DNA of 64,000 nucleotides from Abditibacterium sp. (lineage in GTDB: Bacteria > Armatimonadota > Abditibacteriia > Abditibacteriales > Abditibacteriaceae): NCBI GenBank assembly GCA_965246885.1, contig OZ251992.1, forward strand, positions 3,232,001-3,296,000, read 5' to 3'. Of this stretch, positions 30,451 through 41,636 are shown piece after piece; position 1 is the first letter of the stretch, and each line of letters starts with the position of its first letter. The notes below the pieces were generated by a model, which was not told where the DNA came from, made no database searches, and saw nothing but the letters and a program-made list of their open reading frames with translations. The position numbers and the translations under genes were made by a program.

Positions 30451-31737
30451 TTAACCCATTCCCATTTCGTCCAGCAGTTGGGCGGTCTGTTCGACGGCCT
30501 CGTCGAAGGCTTTTAAGGCCCACTCGATGTGCTCGTCGGAAATGTTGAGCGGCGGCTCGAAGCGGGTGACGGTCGGGTTGTTGAAGGTGTAGGGCACCAC
30601 GAGCACGTCGCGTTGCGCGAGTCCGGCGAGCACGAGGGACGTTATGTCTTCGAGCGGGAACTCGACGCCGATCATCAGGCCGCGCCCGCGCACGTCTTTG
30701 ACGAGGCCCGGAAACCGCTTTTGCGTGGCGCGCAAACCGTCCATAAAGCGTTCGCCCGCGCGGGCGGCGCGCTCGATTAAGTTCTCCTCTTCGATGATTT
30801 CCAAGGTCGCCAAGCCCGCGACGCAGGCAAGCGGGTTGCCGCCGAAGGTAGAGGAGTGAATGAGCGGCGAATCGTTCCAGAACTCCCAAATCTCCGGGCG
30901 GGCGACGACGGCGCCGATGGGAATGGCGCCGCCGGACAGTGCCTTGGCGAGCAACATCATGTCGGGCGCGACGCCCGCGTGATCGCAGCCCCACATCCGT
31001 CCGGTGCGGCCCAAGCCCGATTGCACTTCATCAAAGACAAGCACGATGCCGCGCTCGTCGCACAAGCGGCGCGCGGTCTGGAGGTATTCGTCGGACGCGA
31101 CGTAGATGCCGCCCTCGCCTTGCACGGGTTCAATCAAAAAGGCGGCGGTGTGTTCGTCCAAGGCGGCTTCAAGGGCGGGGATGTCGTTGAATTCGACGTT
31201 TACCACGTCCGTCACGAGCGGGCCGAAGGGGGTCTTGTACTTGTCGCGGCCCGACACGGACAGCGCGCCGATGGTTTTGCCGTGATAGGCGCCCTTAGCC
31301 GACACCAGCTTTTTGCGGCCCGTATGGATGCGCGCGAACTTGATGGCGGCTTCGGCGGCCTCGGCGCCGGAGTTACAAAAGAAGCTGTAGTGGAGCGCGC
31401 CGGGGGTGACTTCGGCCAGCTTCTTGGCGAGCAGGGCTTGGGGGGCGTTGAACAGGATGCGCGAGGAGAACGCCATTTTGTCCAACTGCGCCTTGCACGC
31501 CGCGACGACTTTCGGGTGCGAGTGCCCCACGCTCATCGTGCCGTAGCCGCCCAAGCAGTCCAGAAACTCGCGCCCGTTCGAGTCGCGCACGATGGAGCCG
31601 CGCGCTTCGACTTCAAAGGACGAGAAGCCGATGAACTGCAAGACGTTGGAAAGCGCGGGGTTGACGTATTCGGAGTAGGTTTGGACAACGTCGGCGTCGG
31701 TTAACCCGTCGAGGAGATGGGAGAAATCGGTGGACAT
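30451..31737 (-). CDS. Class III PLP aminotransferase (putrescine aminotransferase-like)
   Basis: LDCLGGYG, NSGAEA.EAAIK, YHGKT, EPVQGEGG, DEVQSGLGRTG, AKALSGG, HSSTFGGNP. Confidence 0.93.
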   Translation of the reverse strand: MSTDFSHLLDGLTDADVVQTYSEYVNPALSNVLQFIGFSSFEVEARGSIVRDSNGREFLDCLGGYGTMSVGHSHPKVVAACKAQLDKMAFSSRILFNAPQALLAKKLAEVTPGALHYSFFCNSGAEAAEAAIKFARIHTGRKKLVSAKGAYHGKTIGALSVSGRDKYKTPFGPLVTDVVNVEFNDIPALEAALDEHTAAFLIEPVQGEGGIYVASDEYLQTARRLCDERGIVLVFDEVQSGLGRTGRMWGCDHAGVAPDMMLLAKALSGGAIPIGAVVARPEIWEFWNDSPLIHSSTFGGNPLACVAGLATLEIIEEENLIERAARAGERFMDGLRATQKRFPGLVKDVRGRGLMIGVEFPLEDITSLVLAGLAQRDVLVVPYTFNNPTVTRFEPPLNISDEHIEWALKAFDEAVEQTAQLLDEMGMG

Positions 31738-31800
31738 GCGAGGCAGTGTACGACGCGCGCCGCGCTTCCCCGCGCCCATGCCCCGCCGATAACTGCCTGT

Positions 31801-34779
31801 TTATTTGCGCGCCGCGAGGTAGCCCCACACTGACACGTTGGGCGCCCATGCATCAACGGTGAACTCGTTGAGCGCGGGCCAGCCGCCGGTGTCCCAGTAG
31901 GCTTCGTTGGTGGGCCACGCCGTCGGGTATGGCGTGGTGTTGCCGGACAAGAAGTAGGTGATGGGCCACGTAATCCATCCTTGATCGCCCCACTTGGCCA
32001 AGTCCACGTTGCCGTAGGGCGTGAAGCCTTCGGGGACGGCTTGACCGGTGCGCCGCGCGTCGAGGTTAAAGGGGTATTTCACCGGGTTCGCACCCAAGCC
32101 CGACGTGTAGACCATGTTAATCGGGTTGGCGCCACTTCCGAACTGGCAGGCGCGCACGGCGGCTTCGAGATACTTGGCGTCGCCGGTCAGGAAATGGGCG
32201 CGCGTCAGGTCAACGGCATCGGGGCCGGAGTAGAAGCCGATGAACTGCGGCTTGCCCTTGTCGGAAGTCGTGAGGTTCCAAGCGTTGTTGCCCGCGTAGT
32301 CGAGCGCTTGCGCCGCCCACTTGAGGGTGGCAGCTTTGGCACGGGCTTGAATAGCGGCGTCAACCAAGGCGGCGGGCAAGCGGGCGTAGAGGAAAGCCGC
32401 GTCGTGGCGCTCCCAGTTCGTGCCCGCGAAGTCTACGTCGGCGGCGGGTGCGTCCGCCCCTTTGTCTTTCATGCTGGCGACGAAGGCGGCGTGCCATTTG
32501 GGGTCGCGGGTGAGGCGCAGCAGTTCGAGAGCCGCGAGCGAGCGCGAGTCGCGCGTTTCGGCACTTGGCCACGTCTTGTTGCGCTCCTTGGCTTTCGGGT
32601 CGGCGGCGTAGTCCTTGACGGCCCAGTTGTAAGCGCCGATGGCGCTGTCGCGGTAAGTGGCTGAGAGCTTCGGGTCATATTTGCCAACCAGAAACGCGAG
32701 GCGCGCGGCGACGGCGGCGTATGTCCAACTCGCGTCGTAATCGGGTGCATAAACATAAATGGGCATGGACTGAAGCCACGACACTTCGCCGGTATAGGGG
32801 TCGCCGTTGGTTTCCATGCCAAACGGCACGCCGCCATCGGCGTGCTGCAAGCGATGGAAGCACTCGAACTCGAAGATGGCCTCGTTGAGGACATCGGGCA
32901 ACTTCGCGCCTGCGGTCGGGGGGATGCCCAGTTTCAAGGGCGCGAAGTGGGCGGGGAACAGGTCGAGCAGTTCGAGGCTGGCCATCGTGACTTTCATGTG
33001 CGACACGCGGCGCGGGTTCCAATCGCCCGCGTCGTGGTAGCCGCCATAGGCGTTGGCGACGGGCACGCCGGTATCGCCTTTGGCGAGGGCTGATTGAGCG
33101 TCGCCGCCGTCCACGTTGCGGTAGCTGCTTTGGGTGACGCGCACGCCCTCGTCGCCCGGTTTCATGTCGCGCGGACGGTTGAAGGCTGTGTACGGCGGGC
33201 CAAGCGTGACGCCACTGCGTTGGTTGAACAAGCCGCGCATCTGAACCGTGAACGCGCGGTTCCACACGTTCGGCCCGATGTCGAAGGGGTAGGAACTGCC
33301 GAAACCATCGGCTACGACGCGATAACGACCGGGGGTTTTGAAGGCTGCGAAGTCGAGGCGCATCACGTCGGTGCCCGCGAAGTTGGCGTCGCGTTGCTGG
33401 TGTTCGAGCTTGTCGGCGGGCCACAGGTCATTCGATTGGCCGGAATATACGACCTTGCCCGTCTTATCCTCGACGAGCGAAAAGGCGATGGTGGCGGGCA
33501 ACTTCAAGGCGCCGCCCGTCCCCATCCAACACGAAACAAGCGCGCGCTTGCCCGGATCGTCGGGGCGAAAGCCAATTTGGTTGACATGCACCGCTTCACT
33601 TTGAAGCTTGGCCGCGTCATCGGTGAATCCCACTTGCGTTTGTTTGGTGTTGAGGTGGCCCAACCCCACCACATACCGCTTGCCCGCTTGCATGGGCTGC
33701 GGCAAGCGCAGGTAAAGCGTATGGGTGATCTCGAAGTCCGTGCTTTCCAAGGCCCAGTTGCCCGGCTTGGACTTGCGCCCGATGGAAACGGGCTTGACGC
33801 CGCCGCCAAACGCTGCGTCGTCGGGAGAGGCAATCGAGAAATTGGCGAGGTTGTCAGCCTCGAAGGTGAGGAGGGGGTCGCCCTCGAAACCCTCGCGGCT
33901 GGTGAGCCAGTCTCGCTTGGGGCCGATGAGCCAGCCGATGTCTTTGCCCTGCCGGATAAGGTGCCGCTCGGTGAGGACGCCTTGGTCGTTCTTCTTGTCG
34001 CTGAAACTGTCGCCGGGTTGCGCGGCGTATTTCGTGACTGAGGACGGTAGAACATGGCCCGCGTGGATTTGGACGGCGAGGACATCGGGCGCAACGGGCG
34101 CGACGTTCTCGACGACGGGCGACTTATCGGAGCGCGGGTATTGGGCTTTGAGCGCCGCGTTCGCCGCGCGCACTTTCTCGGCGTCGTCGGCGATGCGCTT
34201 GGCGGCGGCGGCGCGTGCGGCGCGGATGGCGTCGTTGGGCGCGGTTAGTTCGATGGATTGGATCGAAACGTCAACGGCGCCCGCGCTCCAGTCACCTTGC
34301 ACTTGCCACTGGAACACCTTCGCCAAGTCTGCCGCGCCTTTGTCGCCGTTGCTGGAGGGCGTCGCCAAAGACGCGCCTTCGACGGGCGTAAGCAGCACAT
34401 CTTCGCCCACTTTCGCGCCTTCCAACGAGAAGTTCCACGTCGAAGCCCCGCCCTTGGCATCAGACAGCATGACGCGCAAGAGCTTTTCTTTGTTGTTCGG
34501 CCCCACGCGAAGTCGAAGCGCCGGAGACATCTCGCCCTGCTTGCTCAGGTCAATGGACGTGAAGTTGTCGCCCAACCCGCCCTGACCGGTGGGCGTTTGC
34601 ACGACCAAATGTCCGCCCTCCACCTTGGCGACTTTGTCCCAAGTGCCATAAGCGAACAGAAAGGGGTGGTCGAAGGAAGCAATGATCGGCGCGGCGGGCT
34701 GGGCATGCGACGGGGCGCACCCGTAGAAACCGAGGAGCAGCGAGAACGAGAGTAAGCGTCGGGATGAACGAGGGAACAT
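31801..34779 (-). CDS. Secreted glycoside hydrolase family 9 with N-terminal CBM-like and Ig-like domains
   Basis: Signal peptide; VHVNQIGF (CelD_N-like), GGYHDAGD GH9 motif, C-terminal NEFT. Confidence 0.88.
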   Translation of the reverse strand: MFPRSSRRLLSFSLLLGFYGCAPSHAQPAAPIIASFDHPFLFAYGTWDKVAKVEGGHLVVQTPTGQGGLGDNFTSIDLSKQGEMSPALRLRVGPNNKEKLLRVMLSDAKGGASTWNFSLEGAKVGEDVLLTPVEGASLATPSSNGDKGAADLAKVFQWQVQGDWSAGAVDVSIQSIELTAPNDAIRAARAAAAKRIADDAEKVRAANAALKAQYPRSDKSPVVENVAPVAPDVLAVQIHAGHVLPSSVTKYAAQPGDSFSDKKNDQGVLTERHLIRQGKDIGWLIGPKRDWLTSREGFEGDPLLTFEADNLANFSIASPDDAAFGGGVKPVSIGRKSKPGNWALESTDFEITHTLYLRLPQPMQAGKRYVVGLGHLNTKQTQVGFTDDAAKLQSEAVHVNQIGFRPDDPGKRALVSCWMGTGGALKLPATIAFSLVEDKTGKVVYSGQSNDLWPADKLEHQQRDANFAGTDVMRLDFAAFKTPGRYRVVADGFGSSYPFDIGPNVWNRAFTVQMRGLFNQRSGVTLGPPYTAFNRPRDMKPGDEGVRVTQSSYRNVDGGDAQSALAKGDTGVPVANAYGGYHDAGDWNPRRVSHMKVTMASLELLDLFPAHFAPLKLGIPPTAGAKLPDVLNEAIFEFECFHRLQHADGGVPFGMETNGDPYTGEVSWLQSMPIYVYAPDYDASWTYAAVAARLAFLVGKYDPKLSATYRDSAIGAYNWAVKDYAADPKAKERNKTWPSAETRDSRSLAALELLRLTRDPKWHAAFVASMKDKGADAPAADVDFAGTNWERHDAAFLYARLPAALVDAAIQARAKAATLKWAAQALDYAGNNAWNLTTSDKGKPQFIGFYSGPDAVDLTRAHFLTGDAKYLEAAVRACQFGSGANPINMVYTSGLGANPVKYPFNLDARRTGQAVPEGFTPYGNVDLAKWGDQGWITWPITYFLSGNTTPYPTAWPTNEAYWDTGGWPALNEFTVDAWAPNVSVWGYLAARK

Positions 34780-34863
34780 GAAGTGAAGCGGTGACAGATA
34801 GAAAAATGGCCCCTAAAAAGGAGCCATTTCGAGCAGGCAGTAGGAGCGAAAGTTTCCCGCCGT

Positions 34864-35064
34864 TTACTGTTTGGCAGAGGGTGGCACGCCTTGTGACTTC
34901 GAGGCGGCTGCGGCTGCGGTGCGCGCGCTTTCGGGCATCTTCGACGGATCACCTTTAAACGCAGCGACTTGGGCCTCGCTCGCCGGAGCGGACGCGGAAC
35001 CGGATGAAGAACATCCAGCCAAAGCCACAAGTGCCACAAGACCAAGGAGAATAAGTTTCGGCAT
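34864..35064 (-). CDS. Small lipoprotein (66 aa)
   Basis: MPKLILLGLVALVALAGC lipobox; AAGGA Shine-Dalgarno; starts 8 nt after the upstream stop. Confidence 0.8.
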   Translation of the reverse strand: MPKLILLGLVALVALAGCSSSGSASAPASEAQVAAFKGDPSKMPESARTAAAAASKSQGVPPSAKQ

Positions 35065-35072
35065 AGATTTCC

Positions 35073-35918
35073 TTATGGGCGCACAACATCCCACATATTG
35101 CTCTGGCGGCCCACAAAGTCCGTCGCCGGGTTGAAGGTGAAAGCAACGGGGTTGGTTGCAATCGGACGCATGGCTTTGACATGTCCATCCACGAACAGGA
35201 AGTTGGACGTGTCGAAGTGATGCACCGATACTGCGCCGTTGACATCGGCGTTGTAACCCGTGCCGGAAACTTGGTCATTGGGAATATGGTGTTCTCCCCA
35301 ACCGTTGAAACCATATTGCCGCCCGCCAATCGTGGCATTAGGCCCCCAACCAGAAGCGTTACCAATGCCGATGAAGCCGCCATTGCCGTCTTTGTAGTGC
35401 TTCTCTGCAACCATGATACAAACAGTGGGCTGGTTGATGGCCGAAGCAGAGCGCGCTTGTCCGCCGCCGGGGAGAGTAGAATCGTTGACGGAAAAGACTC
35501 CCAGGAAGTCGATGCTGGCAGCCCCAGTGCTGGTAGGGTAGTAAAAGTTGTAGTTGCCGTTGGCGGCGTAAGACATCGCTGTTCCCCACCAGCCACTGGC
35601 GTTCCCATTAGCGTCGCTGGGGCAAACAAATACCTGCGTGCTTTTGACATAAGGCTGGACAGATGTGGCCCAAGTCCCAACGAATCCGGGGGTTACAACC
35701 GCGTAAGGATACTTCTCGTCGTAATCCTGCGTGTATTGCATGATGCCCAAGCCGATTTGCTTGAGGTTGGACTGGCAAGACGCGCGGCGGGCATTTTCTC
35801 TTGCACGGGCAAAGGCCGGAAACAAGATAGCAGCTAAGATCGCAATGATAGCGATAACAACGAGAAGCTCTATGAGCGTGAACGCTTTCCGCGTCCGGGA
35901 TGAAACTATGTTTTTCAT
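35073..35918 (-). CDS. DUF1559-type prepilin-like protein with N-terminal methylation site and H-X9-DG motif
   Basis: [63 protein letters not shown]. Confidence 0.95.
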   Translation of the reverse strand: MKNIVSSRTRKAFTLIELLVVIAIIAILAAILFPAFARARENARRASCQSNLKQIGLGIMQYTQDYDEKYPYAVVTPGFVGTWATSVQPYVKSTQVFVCPSDANGNASGWWGTAMSYAANGNYNFYYPTSTGAASIDFLGVFSVNDSTLPGGGQARSASAINQPTVCIMVAEKHYKDGNGGFIGIGNASGWGPNATIGGRQYGFNGWGEHHIPNDQVSGTGYNADVNGAVSVHHFDTSNFLFVDGHVKAMRPIATNPVAFTFNPATDFVGRQSNMWDVVRP

Positions 35919-35953
35919 GATGTTGGTTAGCCGGAACTTCGGCTGTATTAACT

Positions 35954-35983
35954 CCGTCTTAGAAACAGTTGTTTCTAAGACGG
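35954..35983. promoter_or_regulatory. 30-bp palindrome, candidate operator upstream of the prepilin-like gene
   Basis: ccgtcttagaaaca-gt-tgtttctaagacgg; next to a TAATAC -10-like hexamer on the minus strand. Confidence 0.6.
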
Positions 35984-35987
35984 TGAG

Positions 35988-37151
35988 TTAGCTGGTTTTG
36001 CGCAAGCGCGCGGGTATGGTGATGACCTCTTGCTCATCGGGGACTGCGCTTAGTAGTTGCTGCAAGCGGTCGAGCATGACATCCACGATTTCGACCACCG
36101 AGACTTCGGCCAAGATGACGTTATCGGCATCCAAGCGGAGCGGCGATCCGGCGTTGGCTCCTGCCGCGATTTGCACGTCTTGGCCGGGTTGCAATCCCAG
36201 TTGACGCAGCGCCACCAATGCCCCGTGCGCCATGTTGTCGTCCGCGATGACCAATCCGTCGGGCCAGCCAGAGCGCGGGCCGGAAAAGATGCGCTTGGCT
36301 GTTTCAAACCCCTGCTCGGCTAAGAACGGAAGGGAAACACTCCCGCTTTTCATCCACCGGGCGCCTGTTTCTATCAACTCTTCGTAGCCCTTCAGGTTGT
36401 TGTGCGCTAATTCGGCGTCGAAAGCCTGTCGCAACTCTGACTGCTGTTCAAGTAATACGAGTTGGGATTCCAAACTGTGCACTCCCATCCATAACCCGAT
36501 GCGCTTGCAACCCCTTTCGGCGAGCGCTTGGACACACAGACTCACCTGATCGGCGGCATCTGTCTTGACCACGACATTCCCGTAGCCATAAAGGTTGACT
36601 ACGGGGACGCCGTGCCCGACCATCCAATGCGCGGCGGGTTCGGGAAGAGCGATGCCCAACACTCCGCCGATCTCGCCGCTTTCGATTCCACTGCGCAGCG
36701 AAGACGACAACAGTAGATCGCGGCCCGACTCTCCCGACTTATCGTCGTCTTGCGCGAAGGAACAATCGAACTCGAAGCCCATCTGCTGCGCCCGTTCGCT
36801 TAGCATCGCTACCAGAGCGTCCCAGATGGGCGAATGGCCCGGCGTCCGCAGAAAAGACAAGCGGCACACCAGCGCGATTTGAGTCAACCGCTTCGCCACG
36901 CCGCCCGCGACGAATACCCCGACTCCGTTGCGCCGCTCGACGACCCCTTCCAACTCCAATGCCGCCAACGCTTTGCTCAGGGTGTTCGGCGAAATCCCCA
37001 ACTCGCGGCAGAACTGCGCGGTTCCCGGTAAGCGCGCCCCCGCTCCAACCCGTTGAGCCATCGCCCGAATCCGCTCGCACACCGCTTCCGGCTTGCCCAG
37101 AGTCTTTAACTCGCGGCCAGAAAAAAGCGGCTTTTCGGATGCTTTACTCAT
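35988..37151 (-). CDS. GntR-family HTH regulator with LacI-type sugar-binding domain
   Basis: GARLP...LGIS..T..KAL..LE.EG.VERR.G.G.FV; C-terminal PDGLVIADD.MA.G...L..LG...GQDV.I; TATAAT upstream. Confidence 0.9.
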   Translation of the reverse strand: MSKASEKPLFSGRELKTLGKPEAVCERIRAMAQRVGAGARLPGTAQFCRELGISPNTLSKALAALELEGVVERRNGVGVFVAGGVAKRLTQIALVCRLSFLRTPGHSPIWDALVAMLSERAQQMGFEFDCSFAQDDDKSGESGRDLLLSSSLRSGIESGEIGGVLGIALPEPAAHWMVGHGVPVVNLYGYGNVVVKTDAADQVSLCVQALAERGCKRIGLWMGVHSLESQLVLLEQQSELRQAFDAELAHNNLKGYEELIETGARWMKSGSVSLPFLAEQGFETAKRIFSGPRSGWPDGLVIADDNMAHGALVALRQLGLQPGQDVQIAAGANAGSPLRLDADNVILAEVSVVEIVDVMLDRLQQLLSAVPDEQEVITIPARLRKTS

Positions 37152-37250
37152 TGGATAGAGGTATTATACCCATCCGCGCGCGCTTTTAAACATTTTCGGG
37201 GAAATTATTTTTGCGCACGCGCAAATCCCCGTCTCAAGCGGCGCGCTGGC

Positions 37251-37279
37251 TTGACCGAAGGGGCGCGGGGGTGTATATT
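37251..37279 (+). promoter_or_regulatory. sigma70-type promoter for tRNA-Pro
   Basis: TTGACC-N17-TATATT. Confidence 0.7.
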
Positions 37280-37317
37280 CAAAAGCCGCCTTTTGCAAAA
37301 GTGAGGACGAGGGCAAG

Positions 37318-37391
37318 CGGGGTATAGCGCAGCTTGGTAGCGCGCGTCGTTCGGGACGACGAGGTCGTCGGTTCAAATCCGGCTACCCCGA
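37318..37391 (+). tRNA. tRNA-Pro(CGG), CCA not encoded
   Basis: CGGGGTA/TACCCCG acceptor, anticodon arm CGTCG-TTCGGGA-CGACG, GGTTCAAATCC T-arm. Confidence 0.96.
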
Positions 37392-37399
37392 TAAAAGGG

Positions 37400-37427
37400 A
37401 AACCACTGGGAGAGTCCCGGTGGTTTT
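37400..37427. terminator. Intrinsic terminator after tRNA-Pro (probably bidirectional)
   Basis: aaaccactggga-gag-tcccggtggtttt. Confidence 0.75.
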
Positions 37428-37434
37428 CGCGTTT

Positions 37435-38016
37435 TCAATGCACCTTGGACGCGCCCTGCGCTTCTCGCGCAGTGTCCTCATCGAAACCGGGGATCATCTG
37501 CTTGAGCGAGTCCAGCCCGTTTTCGGACAGGTAGAAGCCATTTTCTTCGAGCGCCTGCTCCGGCGAGCGTTCGAGCAGCCACCGAAAGGGCAACTGCTCG
37601 GCGGCCATCAGGAAGATTTGCGAGGTTTGCAGCTTCTCCAGATTCTCGACGGCGTCGCGCGCATCGTCCGAAAACGGCTCGTCGGGATACATCCGCGCCA
37701 CCAACTCGAATTCGCGCGTCGAGTCGCCGTGCCTCCCCTGCATTTGCAACAGTGTCGCGTAGCGCAAGCGGTGAAACGGGTCACGCGGCGACACTTCGAC
37801 CAGACGCTCCACTGTCGCCGTCGCCTCGCTCATCTGGCCCAATTGCATCTGCGCCGTCGCCAACGTTTCGAGCGCATAATGATGGCGCGGCGCCGCCTTG
37901 AGGAGCGCGCGGCACGCCTTAAGACACGCGGGCCAGTTCTGCGCGCGCAAAGCCGCCTCCACTTTGACACGAAGCGGCTCCAAGGCTTTTTGCTGAGGCG
38001 AAAGAAAAGCGTTCAT
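37435..38016 (-). CDS. TPR protein with C-terminal NHLP-leader-like helical domain
   Basis: TPR helices (LLKAAPRH..A, LVEVSPRDP); C-terminal FLMAAEQLPFRWLLERSPEQALEENGFYLS. Confidence 0.75.
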   Translation of the reverse strand: MNAFLSPQQKALEPLRVKVEAALRAQNWPACLKACRALLKAAPRHHYALETLATAQMQLGQMSEATATVERLVEVSPRDPFHRLRYATLLQMQGRHGDSTREFELVARMYPDEPFSDDARDAVENLEKLQTSQIFLMAAEQLPFRWLLERSPEQALEENGFYLSENGLDSLKQMIPGFDEDTAREAQGASKVH

Positions 38017-38098
38017 CCCAAGAAGATTTTACCGCGCGGGCGTGTTGAAGTTCCACAGCGCGTGGAACGAGTCCGAAAGAAGGCGGTCAGACGTAGCG

Positions 38099-38419
38099 AT
38101 GTTCACCATTGAAGACGACCTACACGCAACTATGGAGTGTGGCTATCCAACTTTTGAGTCGGCGCTCGATGAGATTCGCCGCAGAGCGGCCATACCTTGG
38201 GATGAACCTCCCAATCGCGCCCCATGCACGTCATGGAAAACTTGTGGCTGTCGGTATGAAATCAATGAATACGACGACACCACAAAGCCTTGGACTTGGA
38301 TTAACAGGATTCCTATTGTCGAGGTAAGAGCTAGGGGAGTGCATTGGGAACCAGACTTTGCGCCGGAGCAATCCGTTACTGCGTCCCCACAAAGGCCTCC
38401 ACATCAGGACGATTGGTAG
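38099..38419 (+). CDS. Hypothetical protein, visibly lower GC
   Basis: ORF with IPWDEPPNRAPCTSW.TCG..YEI motif; codon usage differs from neighbours. Confidence 0.65.
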   Translation: MFTIEDDLHATMECGYPTFESALDEIRRRAAIPWDEPPNRAPCTSWKTCGCRYEINEYDDTTKPWTWINRIPIVEVRARGVHWEPDFAPEQSVTASPQRPPHQDDW

Positions 38420-38967
38420 CGCCGCAGCGCCTCATACAACGCGATGCCCCACGCGACCGACACGTTGAGCGAGTTCTTGTGGCCGAGCATGGGCAGGTGA
38501 AACGTCGCGTCGCATAGCGCCTGCACTTCGGGGCTGAGACCGTCTTTTTCGTTGCCCACGACAAGCGCGAGGGGGAACGAAAGCGGGGCTTCCCAAAGTG
38601 GCGCGCTGGTGGCGCTCAGTTCGAGCGCCGCCACGAAAATCCCGCGAGCGCGGAAGTCGGCGATGGCCGCTTCGACCGTCTCGAAGTGCCGCCAGCGCAC
38701 CACGTCCACCGAGCCGAGCGCGGTTTTTCCCAGATGACGGTGCGGCGGCGTGGGCGTGATGCCGCACAGCGCCAACTCCTCGATATTCGCGCCATCGGAC
38801 GTGCGGAAAATCGAGCCGACGTTGTGCGCCGAGCGCAGATTATCGAGAATCCCATAAAGCGGCAAGCGCGGCAACTGCTGGGCGTCCTCAAGCGGGATGC
38901 GGTCGGAGCCATGCTCATGGCGCACGAAGTAATCCTGCGCGCGGGTGGGGCCGTTGTCAGTTTTCAT
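38404..38967 (-). CDS. SpoU/TrmH-family RNA methyltransferase
   Basis: LDNLRSAHNVGSIFRT.DG, VVGNE..G, PM.G.K.SLNVS. Confidence 0.92.
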   Translation of the reverse strand: MKTDNGPTRAQDYFVRHEHGSDRIPLEDAQQLPRLPLYGILDNLRSAHNVGSIFRTSDGANIEELALCGITPTPPHRHLGKTALGSVDVVRWRHFETVEAAIADFRARGIFVAALELSATSAPLWEAPLSFPLALVVGNEKDGLSPEVQALCDATFHLPMLGHKNSLNVSVAWGIALYEALRRYQSS

Positions 38968-39196
38968 CTTGCAAAGCGAGGTTGGAGCGCCGCTCTTGGA
39001 GCGTCGGGCCATCTAACCGCCGGAAGTTGCCGCACAGGGCACAACTGCAACTTTTCATGTGGTCAGCGCATTTGCGCGCTTGATCTGGCAGCCAACCAGA
39101 ACCCGTTAGCAAACGAACCGCGCGACGGACGCGCACTTCGTTTCGGCGCCGCCGTTCGCCGCGCCGGGAGGAGGATGTTGGATTTTTCATGGTCAT
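38957..39196 (-). CDS. Small basic Cys-cluster protein
   Basis: Arg-rich N-terminus, CSCALCGNFRR...TLQERR; ATG abuts the upstream TAA and the stop overlaps the methyltransferase start. Confidence 0.6.
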   Translation of the reverse strand: MTMKNPTSSSRRGERRRRNEVRVRRAVRLLTGSGWLPDQARKCADHMKSCSCALCGNFRRLDGPTLQERRSNLALQDEN

Positions 39197-39442
39197 TTAG
39201 GAAAGAGGAAAGCGCCTTTCGAGCCGCTCGATGAGCCGTTCAACAGCGCGGTTCGAGAAGATACTCAACCACCACTGCACCAGCAAACTACAGCCCCACA
39301 AAACAAAAAACGCCAAGGCAAAGCAAAGCCAGACAGAATGGGAGAGACGCCAAATCACGGCAAGACAAAGCGCCGTTAACGCGAGAACGATGCCGTAGTT
39401 GACGGTTGGATATATCCAGTGGAATCGGTAAGGCTGCTCCAT
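39197..39442 (-). CDS. Small two-TM membrane protein
   Basis: MEQPYRF... with two hydrophobic helices; lies just after the ftsH terminator. Confidence 0.6.
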   Translation of the reverse strand: MEQPYRFHWIYPTVNYGIVLALTALCLAVIWRLSHSVWLCFALAFFVLWGCSLLVQWWLSIFSNRAVERLIERLERRFPLS

Positions 39443-39450
39443 GCTTTGCC

Positions 39451-39491
39451 AAACAAAAAGGGCGCGAACTCCCGATGAAGTTCGCGCCCTT
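39451..39491 (-). terminator. Intrinsic terminator of ftsH
   Basis: 13-bp stem aagggcgcgaact/agttcgcgccctt followed by a U-rich tract on the minus strand. Confidence 0.85.
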
Positions 39492-39495
39492 AGTT

Positions 39496-41463
<1,968 letters not shown>

Positions 41464-41636
41464 AAAGAAGCCTCCTAAACACTCCGACGCCCCGGAGGGC
41501 GTGTTGTGGCGGCGCGAAGAAAGATTTCCGCGCCCGACACAATTCTAAGTATAACGGTGGAAAAGTCGCGTTTCGGGCGGGAGCGATGGGGGAGGCGCGC
41601 GTCCAAAACGAGAGGAGAACCCTCGTTAGCCCGCTT

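Noticed and set aside
35073..37430. Genomic island integrated at tRNA-Pro
   Set aside because: The lower-GC genes lie 5' of the tRNA; I found no integrase and no duplicated tRNA 3' end
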